DNA of 64,000 nt from Candidatus Altiarchaeota archaeon. Lineage in GTDB: Archaea; Altiarchaeota; Altiarchaeia; IMC4; SCGC-AAA252-I15. Positions 48,831 to 58,170 of this stretch are shown here, piece after piece. The notes under the pieces are model-generated. The model was not told the DNA's origin, made no database searches, and was given only the letters and a program-made list of their open reading frames with translations. The position numbers and the translations under genes are program-made. The first letter of the stretch is position 1. Each line of letters opens with the position of its first letter. The DNA lies in the NCBI GenBank assembly GCA_043804895.1, contig JAZDIN010000025.1, forward strand, positions 36,764 through 100,763, given 5' to 3'.

Positions 48831-49487
48831 GTGAAATTCTTCATAGACACAGCCAATGTGGATGAGATAAGGACTGCCAAGTCCTGGGGCATACTAGACG
48901 GGGTCACAACCAATCCGACGCTACTTGCTAAGGAGGAATGCGACTTCAAGACAGCAGCAAAGGAGATACTATCCCTCGTCGAAGGCCCAGTAAGCCTTGA
49001 GGCGGTAAGCGCAGACGCTGAGGGGATGGTGAAGGAGGCCAGGGAACTCTCCAAGCTCGGCAAAAACGTCGTGGTTAAGATACCCATGACCCCCGAGGGG
49101 ATTAAGGCAGTGCAGAAACTAAGTTCAGAGGGAGTGAAGACGAATGTCACGCTCCTCTTCAGCGCCAACCAAGCCCTCATAGCTGCGAAAGCAGGGGCAA
49201 CCTACGTAAGCCCGTTCATAGGCCGCCTTGACGACCAAGGATGGGATGGTGTTCAACTCATAGCCGACATTCTTGAAATATACTCAAACTTTGGGTTCAA
49301 GACCGAGGTCATAGCTGCGAGCATCAGGGACCCGGTTCATGTGGCAGACTGCGCGAGGCTCGGCTGCCATGTCGCGACAGTGCCCTTCGGAGTCCTAAAG
49401 AAGATGTTCACACACTCTCTCACTGACGTCGGAGTACAGAAGTTCCTTGAGGACTGGAAGAAGGTCGAAGGCAGGTGCAAAAAATAG
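48831..49487 (+). CDS. tal: Transaldolase (short TalC/FSA type)
   Basis: 'FFIDTAN', 'GVTTNP', 'VVKIP', 'NVTL.FS', 'YVSPFIGR', 'ASIR'; GTG start at 48831 after GAGGTG. Confidence 0.93.
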   Translation: MKFFIDTANVDEIRTAKSWGILDGVTTNPTLLAKEECDFKTAAKEILSLVEGPVSLEAVSADAEGMVKEARELSKLGKNVVVKIPMTPEGIKAVQKLSSEGVKTNVTLLFSANQALIAAKAGATYVSPFIGRLDDQGWDGVQLIADILEIYSNFGFKTEVIAASIRDPVHVADCARLGCHVATVPFGVLKKMFTHSLTDVGVQKFLEDWKKVEGRCKK

Positions 49488-49488
49488 G

Positions 49489-50046
49489 ATGGACAGAATA
49501 TCAAAGGAGATTGAGGAAAGCGTTGTAGTGAAGAGAACGCTCAAAGTAAAGGACATCGAGGAAGCAACCAAGCTGATAGTGGACGCACTCAAATCAAAGC
49601 GCAAGATTCTCCTTTGCGGAAACGGTGGAAGCGCCGCTGACTGCCAGCACATCGCAGGCGAATTCGTAGGCAGGTTCAAGAAGGAGCGGCAGGCCCTGCC
49701 TGCAATAGCGCTCTCGACTGACACGTCAATCCTCACCGCCCTCACCAACGACTACGGCGGAGACATAATATTCTCACGGCAGGTCGAGGCCCTCGGGAAT
49801 GAGGGGGATGTGTTGGTTGCGATATCAACCAGTGGAACCTCCTCCAACATACTCAAAGCAGTCGAGGCAGGAAGGAAGAAGGGGATGAAGGTCGTCGGAT
49901 TCACAGGAGCCAAAGGCCAGAAACTGAAAAGCCTCTCAGACGCCTGTATCATGGTCGGCTCAGACGACACCCCACGGATACAGGAAGCCCACATCACCGC
50001 AGCACACATAATATGCGGACTGGTCGAGGAAAAAGTTGGTAACTAA
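49489..50046 (+). CDS. gmhA: Sedoheptulose-7-phosphate isomerase
   Basis: 'CGNGGSAADCQH', 'NDYG', 'ISTSG', 'RIQEAH'. Confidence 0.95.
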   Translation: MDRISKEIEESVVVKRTLKVKDIEEATKLIVDALKSKRKILLCGNGGSAADCQHIAGEFVGRFKKERQALPAIALSTDTSILTALTNDYGGDIIFSRQVEALGNEGDVLVAISTSGTSSNILKAVEAGRKKGMKVVGFTGAKGQKLKSLSDACIMVGSDDTPRIQEAHITAAHIICGLVEEKVGN

Positions 50047-50131
50047 AAAGTAGAGAATTATGCGTCTTTCTCGAGAAACTTAAAAAATTAAGGCAGGGCC
50101 ATATTTCTTTATAAAGTCCCATATTCTACCA

Positions 50132-51523
50132 ATGGCTTCAGATTACAGGCAGCAGATGCCGACACCGCTTTCTGAGATTAGGACGACCAAGGACGTAAGG
50201 ATACCAAAAGACATACTGAATCAGGTCATCGGCCAGCCTAAGGCTGTGAAGAAGGTGAGACTTGCGATAATGCAAAGACGCCACCTTCTCCTCGTCGGTC
50301 CGCCGGGGGTGGGGAAGAGTATGCTCGCCCAAGGTCTTGCAGTGCACCTTCCCAAGTCGACTGAGCAAATCAATGTAGTGCATAATCCTCAGAACATGAA
50401 CAAACCCTACGTCGAGGTCGTGAAAAACAAGAGCGACGAGAAGATAGTCGACCCCACCGAGATACCGGCGTACGTCGCAGAACAGCTCGGATTCAAGTGC
50501 CCGGTGTGCGGCGCGTTCGGGAAGTACAACGTGAACATATGCGGCAAATGCGGGGAGGACAAGTTCAAGCGAATAACAAGGAAGGACGAGATAAGGGCCT
50601 CCTGCTACGGGGCAGACGGCATCGAGCACTCGATACTCTACGAGAGGAAGGGTTTAATGGTCGCCATAACCGGGCAGGACCCCGATGCTGCTGTCAAAGA
50701 CAAAGACAAGGTCAAAAGGCACACGATAGTACCCCTGGTCAGGAAGAATTTCGTGCACGCGACGGGCGCGAGCGAAGTAGAGCTTTTGGGCGACGTCAGG
50801 CACGACCCATACGGCATGCACCCTGAGATAGGGACTCCGGCGTACATTCGAGTCGTACCAGGGGCAATACACGAGGCCCATGAGGGTGTGCTGTTCATAG
50901 ACGAACTCCCGCACCTCGGGGAGATACAGAACTACATATTGACTGCTATGCAGGAGCGGAAGTTCCCGATAACAGGACGGAATCCGCAATCCGGGGGGGC
51001 GTCGATCAAAGTCGATGACGTGCCTTGCGACTTCGTCTTCGTCGCGGCGTGCAACATAAAGGACGTACAGAACATACTGCCGCCTCTGCGCTCAAGGATA
51101 CTCGGCAACGGCTATGAGATACTGCTTGAGACCTCCATGGACGACAACGAAGTCAATCAATCCTACCTGGCGCAGTTCATGGCGCAGGAGATTGTGAAAG
51201 ACGGGAAGATACCGCATGCGACAAGGGAGTCCGTGGAGGCTGTGATAGAGGAGGCTAGGAAGAGGGCGAGGATAATAGACGACAAACGCAACTCCCTGAC
51301 CTTGCGCCTCAGGGACCTGGGCGGCGTGATACGGCTTGCCGGAGACCTCGCGCATGATGAGGGTTCGAAGCTGATCGAGCTCAAACACATAGTCTCGGCA
51401 ATCGAAGAGTCGAAGCCCATAGAATACCAGCTGCAGGAGAGGTACGGCAGCGTCTGGAAGGGCATAGAGAAAGACCAGGTAATAAATCCAGAGTACGGCA
51501 AGATAGGGTCAAGCTACCAATAG
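50132..51523 (+). CDS. LonB-related AAA+ ATPase with Zn ribbon, without TM segments or protease domain
   Basis: 'QVIGQ', 'GPPGVGKS', 'LLGDVRHDP', 'PGAIHEAH.GVLFIDE', 'LRSRI.G.GYE', 'LTLRLRDLGG'; ends at 463 aa. Confidence 0.85.
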   Translation: MASDYRQQMPTPLSEIRTTKDVRIPKDILNQVIGQPKAVKKVRLAIMQRRHLLLVGPPGVGKSMLAQGLAVHLPKSTEQINVVHNPQNMNKPYVEVVKNKSDEKIVDPTEIPAYVAEQLGFKCPVCGAFGKYNVNICGKCGEDKFKRITRKDEIRASCYGADGIEHSILYERKGLMVAITGQDPDAAVKDKDKVKRHTIVPLVRKNFVHATGASEVELLGDVRHDPYGMHPEIGTPAYIRVVPGAIHEAHEGVLFIDELPHLGEIQNYILTAMQERKFPITGRNPQSGGASIKVDDVPCDFVFVAACNIKDVQNILPPLRSRILGNGYEILLETSMDDNEVNQSYLAQFMAQEIVKDGKIPHATRESVEAVIEEARKRARIIDDKRNSLTLRLRDLGGVIRLAGDLAHDEGSKLIELKHIVSAIEESKPIEYQLQERYGSVWKGIEKDQVINPEYGKIGSSYQ

Positions 51524-51525
51524 AG

Positions 51526-52017
51526 ATGATACATTACACAGACGTCGAAAAGACCTACAGGCAGGAGAGGACAAGTCCGTTACTCCAGAGGATACCGCGC
51601 GACTTCTACGCCGAGGCGAGGAAACTCGCCCAAAGCCCAGAGGTCGGCGCCTACAGGGAAACAGTGCTTGAGCACCTGAAGAAGACATACTACCTTCGCG
51701 CGAACAAGATAATACACTACGCAGGCCGTGCCGCGGATGACACCAAACCCCCAGAGAACATACTACTAGAGGAACTACCCCTATATGAAAGGATATTGCA
51801 GGCTGTTAACGATAACAAAGCACTCATAGTCGACAAGCCCCCAGAGCCTGAAATAGAGAAGAAACCGACAATCCGCGTCAGGATGAAACACGCGCTCCCA
51901 GCCATAATCGGCTCAGACTCTAAGGAATACGGGCCCTTCAAGGAGGATGACGTCGTCGAACTACCGAAGGACAGCGCAAACCTACTCATAGAACGGGAAG
52001 TCGCTGAAAGCGCGTGA
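51526..52017 (+). CDS. gins51: DNA replication complex GINS subunit Gins51
   Basis: 'ER....L..IP.DFY', 'R..KI', C-terminal 'G.D.KEYGPF...DVV.LP..A..LI'; next to rpl44e-rps27e. Confidence 0.85.
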   Translation: MIHYTDVEKTYRQERTSPLLQRIPRDFYAEARKLAQSPEVGAYRETVLEHLKKTYYLRANKIIHYAGRAADDTKPPENILLEELPLYERILQAVNDNKALIVDKPPEPEIEKKPTIRVRMKHALPAIIGSDSKEYGPFKEDDVVELPKDSANLLIEREVAESA

Positions 52018-52057
52018 AAGCGCTTTTATAGGATGTCTGCATATTATATTGCTACCG

Positions 52058-52342
52058 ATGAAAATCCCGGACAAAATCAGGACCAACTGTCCCTCATGCA
52101 ACAAGCACACCGTCCACGCCGTGAAGGTGAACCGAAAGGGCAAGGAGAGGAGCATGAACATGGGAAGGCGCAAATACAAGGCAGTGAAGGCCGGGTACGG
52201 TGGAAGTCCGAGAACCCCGAAGAAACCCTGCTTCAAGATAGGTAAAAGGACTGTACTAATACTCGAATGCTCAGTGTGCAAGAAAAAGCACCAGAGGGCG
52301 TATGCCGCAAGAACCAAGAGGGCGGTGGAGGTCGGAGGATGA
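52058..52342 (+). CDS. rpl44e: 50S ribosomal protein L44e
   Basis: 'MKIP....T.CP.C.KHT.H.V', 'GYGG', 'L.C..C.K'. Confidence 0.95.
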   Translation: MKIPDKIRTNCPSCNKHTVHAVKVNRKGKERSMNMGRRKYKAVKAGYGGSPRTPKKPCFKIGKRTVLILECSVCKKKHQRAYAARTKRAVEVGG

Positions 52343-52530
52343 TGGAAAATAAGACTAAAAGCAGGTTCCTTAAGGTGAAATGTAACGACTGCGGAAACGA
52401 ACAGGTCATATTCGGCGCGGCAGCCTCAAGCATAAAATGCCTTGTCTGCGAGAAGCCGATGGCCGAAAGCACTGGCGGGAAGACAAAAGTCAAGACGCAG
52501 ATACTCTCCGTGGTTGACAAGGACCTTTAA
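52339..52530 (+). CDS. rps27e: 30S ribosomal protein S27e
   Basis: 'SRFLKVKCNDCGNEQVIF...CLVC...TGGK'. Confidence 0.95.
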   Translation: MMENKTKSRFLKVKCNDCGNEQVIFGAAASSIKCLVCEKPMAESTGGKTKVKTQILSVVDKDL

Positions 52531-52535
52531 CTCTA

Positions 52536-52955
52536 ATGGCCTACGAATTCCTGGAGCACACGGCTGACCTGAAGATTAGGGCGACAGGCAAGACCCTTCC
52601 TGAAGCGTTAAGCGAGTCCGCCAAAGCCCTCTTCGAGGCGATAGCATCCAACAGCAAAATAGCCCCCACCCTCGAGAGGGAACTCACCATAAAAGTCAAC
52701 AAACCAGAGATACTCGTCCACGACTTCCTCAGCCAGCTAATCTACCTGTTCTCGACAGAACACCTGCTCTTCAGCGAATTCAACCTAGACCTCAAGGAAT
52801 CCATAGGATACAAGCTCACAGCCAAACTGAAAGGCGAAAAATACGACCCCAAAAAACACAAACTCGTGAAGGAAGTGAAGGCCGCAACATACCATGAGAT
52901 GAAAGTTGAGGAAGGTAAAAATGGCTGGACGATAGAAGTCATATGCGATACCTAA
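52536..52955 (+). CDS. Archease
   Basis: 'YEFLEHTAD', 'EVKAATYH', ends 'CDT'. Confidence 0.93.
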   Translation: MAYEFLEHTADLKIRATGKTLPEALSESAKALFEAIASNSKIAPTLERELTIKVNKPEILVHDFLSQLIYLFSTEHLLFSEFNLDLKESIGYKLTAKLKGEKYDPKKHKLVKEVKAATYHEMKVEEGKNGWTIEVICDT

Positions 52956-52988
52956 TTCTATTTTTTAACGTCTGCGACCACTATCATT

Positions 52989-53975
52989 GTGATGAACAGG
53001 CTCATCCTGACGCTGTTGGTGGTTGTTTTGTCCTTGAGTGCCTGCATATCTCAAAGTCCCACGTGCGTTGCACCATACATTTCTGTCGCCGGCTCATGCT
53101 GTCTTGACGAGAACGCTGACGGCATATGCGACCGGGATAAGCCAGTATGCCGCAGGCCGTACTCTCTTGTTGGTTTGTCATGCTGTCTTGATGAGAACGC
53201 TGACGGCATCTGCGACTCAGACAGGCCTGTGACGACCACATCCATAATGACGACTTCGACTGTGGCTGCAACGACGTCGACTACCAGGCCCACCTTCAGG
53301 ACTACTTCGACTACCACCCTGCTTGATGTAGAGTGTATGAGTTTCGAGGACTGCTCCTCATCTGATGGCGTACAATGCGACGACGACGGCCGCGTGGTTC
53401 TAATTCACTATACTCCAACGTCCTGTTCTGGCGGAAAATGCATCTACAGGAGCAGCCGGGACATAGCCGCCATCCACTGCTACGACTGGGAGCAGTGCGT
53501 CAGCGGGGTCGGTTGTGTCAGGAAGACTGACGTGACCTCCACGTCGACGACCTTGGCGCCGGATATACTGGTGCAATCACAGTTCCAGAAAATCCTCGAC
53601 AGGGTCATTGAACGGAAGTCTGAGATTGCAGCTTCGATGGCCTCAACGACAACAACACTACAGCCGTGCGTCGACCCCGACGGCGGGAAGAAATACGACA
53701 TAAGGAGCGTGAACGTCTCAGGCTACTTCGACTACAACAAAACCCAAGTCCTAAGCGGAAGCGAATACTGTTGGGACAACCTCAAACTAGTGGAATTCTA
53801 TTGCGAAAAAACAGCTGGCGTGGAAAGCCTGGAGTCAGTGGTATACGACTGCACAAGCCGTTGCATAGACGGCCGATGCTGCAGCAGCGAAGGCCGGACG
53901 TGTGAGAGCTGGAGGGACTGCTGCAGTGGCTTATGCCAGGCCGTGGGTATGGCAAATTACTGCATAGCGACTTGA
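52989..53975 (+). CDS. Secreted or lipid-anchored Cys- and Thr-rich surface protein
   Basis: Signal peptide ending LSAC; 2x CCLDENADGICD repeat; Thr-rich linkers; Cys-rich modules. Confidence 0.75.
   Translation: MMNRLILTLLVVVLSLSACISQSPTCVAPYISVAGSCCLDENADGICDRDKPVCRRPYSLVGLSCCLDENADGICDSDRPVTTTSIMTTSTVAATTSTTRPTFRTTSTTTLLDVECMSFEDCSSSDGVQCDDDGRVVLIHYTPTSCSGGKCIYRSSRDIAAIHCYDWEQCVSGVGCVRKTDVTSTSTTLAPDILVQSQFQKILDRVIERKSEIAASMASTTTTLQPCVDPDGGKKYDIRSVNVSGYFDYNKTQVLSGSEYCWDNLKLVEFYCEKTAGVESLESVVYDCTSRCIDGRCCSSEGRTCESWRDCCSGLCQAVGMANYCIAT
53094..53216 (+). repeat. Intragenic direct repeat, 84-nt period
   Basis: TCATGCTGTCTTGAyGAGAACGCTGACGGCATmTGCGAC at 53094 and 53178. Confidence 0.9.
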
Positions 53976-54015
53976 TAGGTACATTTAACCGAATACTGTT
54001 CAATATTATTCTGCT

Positions 54016-55500
54016 ATGGGCGGATTCGTAAAGACTAACGGCGGGATCTGGGTGCCACCTAACACTCTAGGACTTGATTCTGCAATCGGAACTGAGGAGG
54101 TGAAGGAGGCTGGAGAAGGCAAGGGAATAAAGAATTTAAGACAACTCCAGATGACAGTGTTTAGGGAATTAAAGCGTCTGAAGGATGATAAGCCGGATGC
54201 GGTGGCAGCGGCTTTGCGCGGCATACTGTTTAAGGATTCATTTACGCTTAGATGGGAATTGGTAGGCAAGGCTCCACTGGCAGTGGCAAGGAGCCTGGAA
54301 CTGCCAGAAGGCACACAATTAGATGTTTACCAAGAACAGCAGAGGCATAACCTCCAAGACATGCTGGTTTGTAAGGTCCCAGACGCTGTGGCCCCCACAC
54401 TGGAACGTGATGACTCAGACGCTGCATGGGAACTCAGGGATAAGATGATGAAGGGGCGAATATATTCGAATGTGCTTAGGAGCCTAATCGGAGTCGGTTC
54501 AAAGCGTGCGGAGAAACTCTTGGATGCGTTGAAAGATAAGGAACCAGAGGCTGTGATTGCGACCCGTAAGGGCGTGTTCACAGACCATGCGAAGAAACTC
54601 AGAATCGAGATGAAGGAAAGCTTCCCCGGGCCGGTGGCATTAAGCCTTGAAGGAGACGATTCAGAATTTTCGCGGAGCCTCTTGGATGAGTTGAAGGGTA
54701 AAGTGCCGTGGCAGACTGTTTACAGCCGCAGGCGAGTGTCCAGCGAACATGCGGACAATCTTAGGAAGGCGGGTATATTCGACAACTCCCATGCCGTGGC
54801 GGAGAGCTTGGATGGAGTACACACAGACCAAGCCTATGATCTCATGGAGATGCTGTTAATCAAGGAACCCATGCTCATTGCCATCCGGTTGCGCAGGGAT
54901 AACTCAGAGCGGGCGCAGGAAATCAGAAATAAGATAGAGAAGCGCGCTTATTCGGATCTTATTCTGGCTGTGAGCCTTGGGGGGGTAACCACGGAAGAGG
55001 CGCAGGACATGAGGGAGAGGATTTTAAGACGTGAATCAAAAGCCAACTCCCAGGCGTATCTGGATTTAGCCGAAAAAGAGAATAAACGGATTGAGCCTCT
55101 GCTCAACATTGAAGAAGGCAAAGGCGACATAGACAATGAAAAAGGCGATAAGCGGCTTTTCGTTCATGGTGGTTCAACACTTAATAAGAGTTTGTTGAAA
55201 GAATTATACTCCGACAATTCATTATTTCGCAACGGTGTTGGGTTAGATTTGGACAGGTTGGATAGGGGGTGGAACGACTTGAATAAGAAGGAAATCCTGC
55301 TACAGTCTGTTGTCGTCCGTGGTTTGGAGGGAGTATTCACAGAAAGGGCGCAGAAAATCAGAAGAATGCTCCTGGCTATTATGCCTGGAGAGGTGGCTGA
55401 GAGTCTAAGCGGCTCACCACCTCAATATAAGCTGGAACTTGCGGAACTGCTGTTGTACTTCAAAGATGACCCATACGTTCTCGCCTCCCTGTTGAAGTAA
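54016..55500 (+). CDS. Hypothetical alpha-helical tandem-repeat protein (about 27-aa repeats)
   Basis: Repeated V..SL.G..[ST]..A..LR..L....P units. Confidence 0.65.
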   Translation: MGGFVKTNGGIWVPPNTLGLDSAIGTEEVKEAGEGKGIKNLRQLQMTVFRELKRLKDDKPDAVAAALRGILFKDSFTLRWELVGKAPLAVARSLELPEGTQLDVYQEQQRHNLQDMLVCKVPDAVAPTLERDDSDAAWELRDKMMKGRIYSNVLRSLIGVGSKRAEKLLDALKDKEPEAVIATRKGVFTDHAKKLRIEMKESFPGPVALSLEGDDSEFSRSLLDELKGKVPWQTVYSRRRVSSEHADNLRKAGIFDNSHAVAESLDGVHTDQAYDLMEMLLIKEPMLIAIRLRRDNSERAQEIRNKIEKRAYSDLILAVSLGGVTTEEAQDMRERILRRESKANSQAYLDLAEKENKRIEPLLNIEEGKGDIDNEKGDKRLFVHGGSTLNKSLLKELYSDNSLFRNGVGLDLDRLDRGWNDLNKKEILLQSVVVRGLEGVFTERAQKIRRMLLAIMPGEVAESLSGSPPQYKLELAELLLYFKDDPYVLASLLK

Positions 55501-55664
55501 TAAATCTAACTTTTCCCCTGCTCTAGGCCAGCTTCTTTAATCCTGTACAGCCATCAGATAATCGATTACACAACCACTTGGAATCTGGCGGGCGGCTCAC
55601 TTGTGAGTTCCTCACCCGCCCGCCGGACGCCCAAGTATATAACCTCCACCTTCCTATCCTCTCC

Positions 55665-55871
55665 ATGGCAAATGAAAACGAGCCTAAGAGGCTGTTCAGA
55701 AGCCGCGAAAACAGGATACTCGGTGGAGTACTCGGCGGAGTAGGCGAATACCTGAACACAGACCCGGTGGCTGTCAGAGTAGCCTATGTCATAGCGGCGC
55801 TACTAACCGGCGTAGGCCCCCTACTTGTCGGCTATGTCATACTGTGGTTCATAATACCTGAGCGGAAATAA
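55665..55871 (+). CDS. pspC: PspC-domain membrane protein
   Basis: 'KRLFRSRENRILGGVLGGVGEYLNTDP..VR...Y.ILW.IIP'. Confidence 0.9.
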   Translation: MANENEPKRLFRSRENRILGGVLGGVGEYLNTDPVAVRVAYVIAALLTGVGPLLVGYVILWFIIPERK

Positions 55872-55873
55872 TA

Positions 55874-57142
55874 CTACCTGGATTTTCTTATCCACTCCTT
55901 GCCGGTGTTCACAAGCTCATCTAATCTCTTCCGCGTCTTCGCCTCAGCAGTTATCCTGACGTAATCCTCGGTGCCGGAAGGTCTGATGAGCACCCAACCG
56001 TAGTCGTATCCGACTCTTATGCCGTCGACGTCCGTGTAATCGAGTGTCTTGAGGTCCCTCCTCAGGTTGGCCATCACCTTCTCTTTCTCATCTATCCGGC
56101 AGGGTATCTTAACACGTTCCATAGGATACGATGGTATTTCGGTAACAGTCTCGTAGAAATCGCCGTCAGCGACCATCCGAACTGCCTTCGCCACGGTCGC
56201 AACCCCGTCAGGGAAGATGTGGATGTCAGGGAAGATGTATGTCCCGCTTGGTTCGCCTCCGAATCCTGCTTTGTTCCTCCTTATCCCCTCCGCGACTGCG
56301 ACGTCGCCGACCGCGACCCTGATGACCTTCCTACAGTACTCCTCAACCCTCATCGAGGCGTCCACTGTCGTAACGACCTTGTCATACTGCGACGCCAGGG
56401 CAGTCAGGAACGTGTCCCACTCGATTAGACTGCCGTCAGGGCCTATGGCGCATGTCCTGTCCGCGTCCCCGTCATGGGCGAATCCGATGTCGACCTTATT
56501 TTTTCCGACAATCCTGCAGGTATCCTTAAGGTTCTCCGCAGTCGGCTCAAGGGGGTGGGGGAATACGCCGTCGCAGTTGTCATTCACAACCTTCGTCTCA
56601 CAACCCATCCTATCAAGCAGCCTAGGCGTCACGACGCTTCCAGCCCCGCCTGCGCAGTCCAGAAGCACCTTCACTCCATCAGCATCCTTCACCCTCTTCC
56701 GTATCAACTCAATATGTCTTCTGACGTAATCGGCGTCTTTAACGCTGCCTCGACCATTCTTGAATTTTCCCGCAATAAAATTCTCCTCAACCTTTCCCTC
56801 GTCACCTGGCTTGAAGGCTCCCTCCTTGTTGAAGAACTTGAACCCGTTGTATTCCGGCGGATTATGGGATGCAGTCACGACTACCCCCACACCTAACTTG
56901 GCAGTCGCGACCCCGACTGTCGGAGTCGGCACAACACCCAGTCGGACAACATTCCTCCCGCTAGATAACACTCCTGATATGAACGCATCCTGAAGTCTCG
57001 GGCCGGACTTCCGCGTGTCCCTGCCGACTGCCACGTCAGATTTGATGCAGGAGCCGAGGGCCCTGCCGAGGTCAGATGCGAACCCGTCGGTGAGCTCCCC
57101 CTCCCTCCTGCGTATTCCTGATGTTCCGAACAAACCTGACAT
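55874..57142 (-). CDS. Phosphohexomutase (phosphoglucosamine mutase / PMM-PGM family)
   Basis: 'LFGTSGIR', 'TASHNP.EYNG.K', 'HDGDADR', 'GGEPSG', 'RPSGTE'. Confidence 0.93.
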   Translation of the reverse strand: MSGLFGTSGIRRREGELTDGFASDLGRALGSCIKSDVAVGRDTRKSGPRLQDAFISGVLSSGRNVVRLGVVPTPTVGVATAKLGVGVVVTASHNPPEYNGFKFFNKEGAFKPGDEGKVEENFIAGKFKNGRGSVKDADYVRRHIELIRKRVKDADGVKVLLDCAGGAGSVVTPRLLDRMGCETKVVNDNCDGVFPHPLEPTAENLKDTCRIVGKNKVDIGFAHDGDADRTCAIGPDGSLIEWDTFLTALASQYDKVVTTVDASMRVEEYCRKVIRVAVGDVAVAEGIRRNKAGFGGEPSGTYIFPDIHIFPDGVATVAKAVRMVADGDFYETVTEIPSYPMERVKIPCRIDEKEKVMANLRRDLKTLDYTDVDGIRVGYDYGWVLIRPSGTEDYVRITAEAKTRKRLDELVNTGKEWIRKSR

Positions 57143-57184
57143 CTTTTGGGTTATAAGATAGTCTGTCCCGTTATTTAATATAAG

Positions 57185-58165
57185 ATGGTAAAGGAGCATG
57201 AAAAGCCTGATGAAACACTCACAAGAATGTTAGGCTTAACTCCAAAGAATAAGGGCGAGTTATCCTATGCGCGCGAATGGGAACCAGGCCTTAAGGCGGG
57301 CATAGATGACCTAATAGCTGACATTAAAAGGCGCAGTGAACTCCCTCTCCATGAGGAAGCGCGTATCCGGAAAACAGCCGAGCTCGTAATGGATGCGCAT
57401 AAGTTCCAGACGAGGAAGGATGATATTACTCCATATTTCATGCACCAGCTCGATGTCACCAAAAAGTTAGTCAACCTTTTCGGCGTAACAGACCCGCTTG
57501 TGATACAAGTGTCCCTGCTCCATGACACCCGTGAGGACCAGGTGGAGATATATGACAAGCTCATGGACGAGTTATACCCTGACTTGTCAGGAGAGGATAA
57601 GGCCAAACATCTCAGCCTCATACACCTTGGCGTAAGACTGCTTTCAAAGCTGAAGGAGCCCAAGTACACGGAACAGTACGCTCACCTACCCGAGCCTGAG
57701 CGTAAGGCGAAACTACTTGACGAATATTTCGAGCGCATGGTCAACCCACACGCATTCTACGACAAGGAGAAGACATCCGATGACCTTGCATATTCACCGT
57801 ACGACGACGTTTTCATACGCAAAATGCAACTTGTGAAGTTGTCTGATATCCTCTCCAACACAGGTGATTTGATTCATCTCTTCAGGCCTGGTTTGGAATT
57901 AAGCGAGTCCGCGACTAATCACCCCGGACGCTTCTTCCCAGAGGTCGTCGGCGTAGCCATCCCCAACTTTGTCGAAGCTTCCAAGCAACTAACAGACCTT
58001 GACAAAAAAAAGTTCTATGACGAGCTAGTGTATAATATGGGAAAGTATTCTAACCTCGATTTGGATGATTATCCGAATGCCACCCCTCTGAAGGAGGCGG
58101 TGCAGAAGGAGCTCAGGGACTGGAAACTGAATGAGTTGAAGGTGAAATACTCCACTGCGATATAA
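57185..58165 (+). CDS. HD-domain protein, RelA/SpoT hydrolase (Mesh1/SAH)-like
   Basis: 'AHKFQTRKDDITPYFMH', 'LLHDTRED', 'LLSK', 'VKLSDILSN'. Confidence 0.75.
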   Translation: MVKEHEKPDETLTRMLGLTPKNKGELSYAREWEPGLKAGIDDLIADIKRRSELPLHEEARIRKTAELVMDAHKFQTRKDDITPYFMHQLDVTKKLVNLFGVTDPLVIQVSLLHDTREDQVEIYDKLMDELYPDLSGEDKAKHLSLIHLGVRLLSKLKEPKYTEQYAHLPEPERKAKLLDEYFERMVNPHAFYDKEKTSDDLAYSPYDDVFIRKMQLVKLSDILSNTGDLIHLFRPGLELSESATNHPGRFFPEVVGVAIPNFVEASKQLTDLDKKKFYDELVYNMGKYSNLDLDDYPNATPLKEAVQKELRDWKLNELKVKYSTAI

Positions 58166-58170
58166 CCAGT

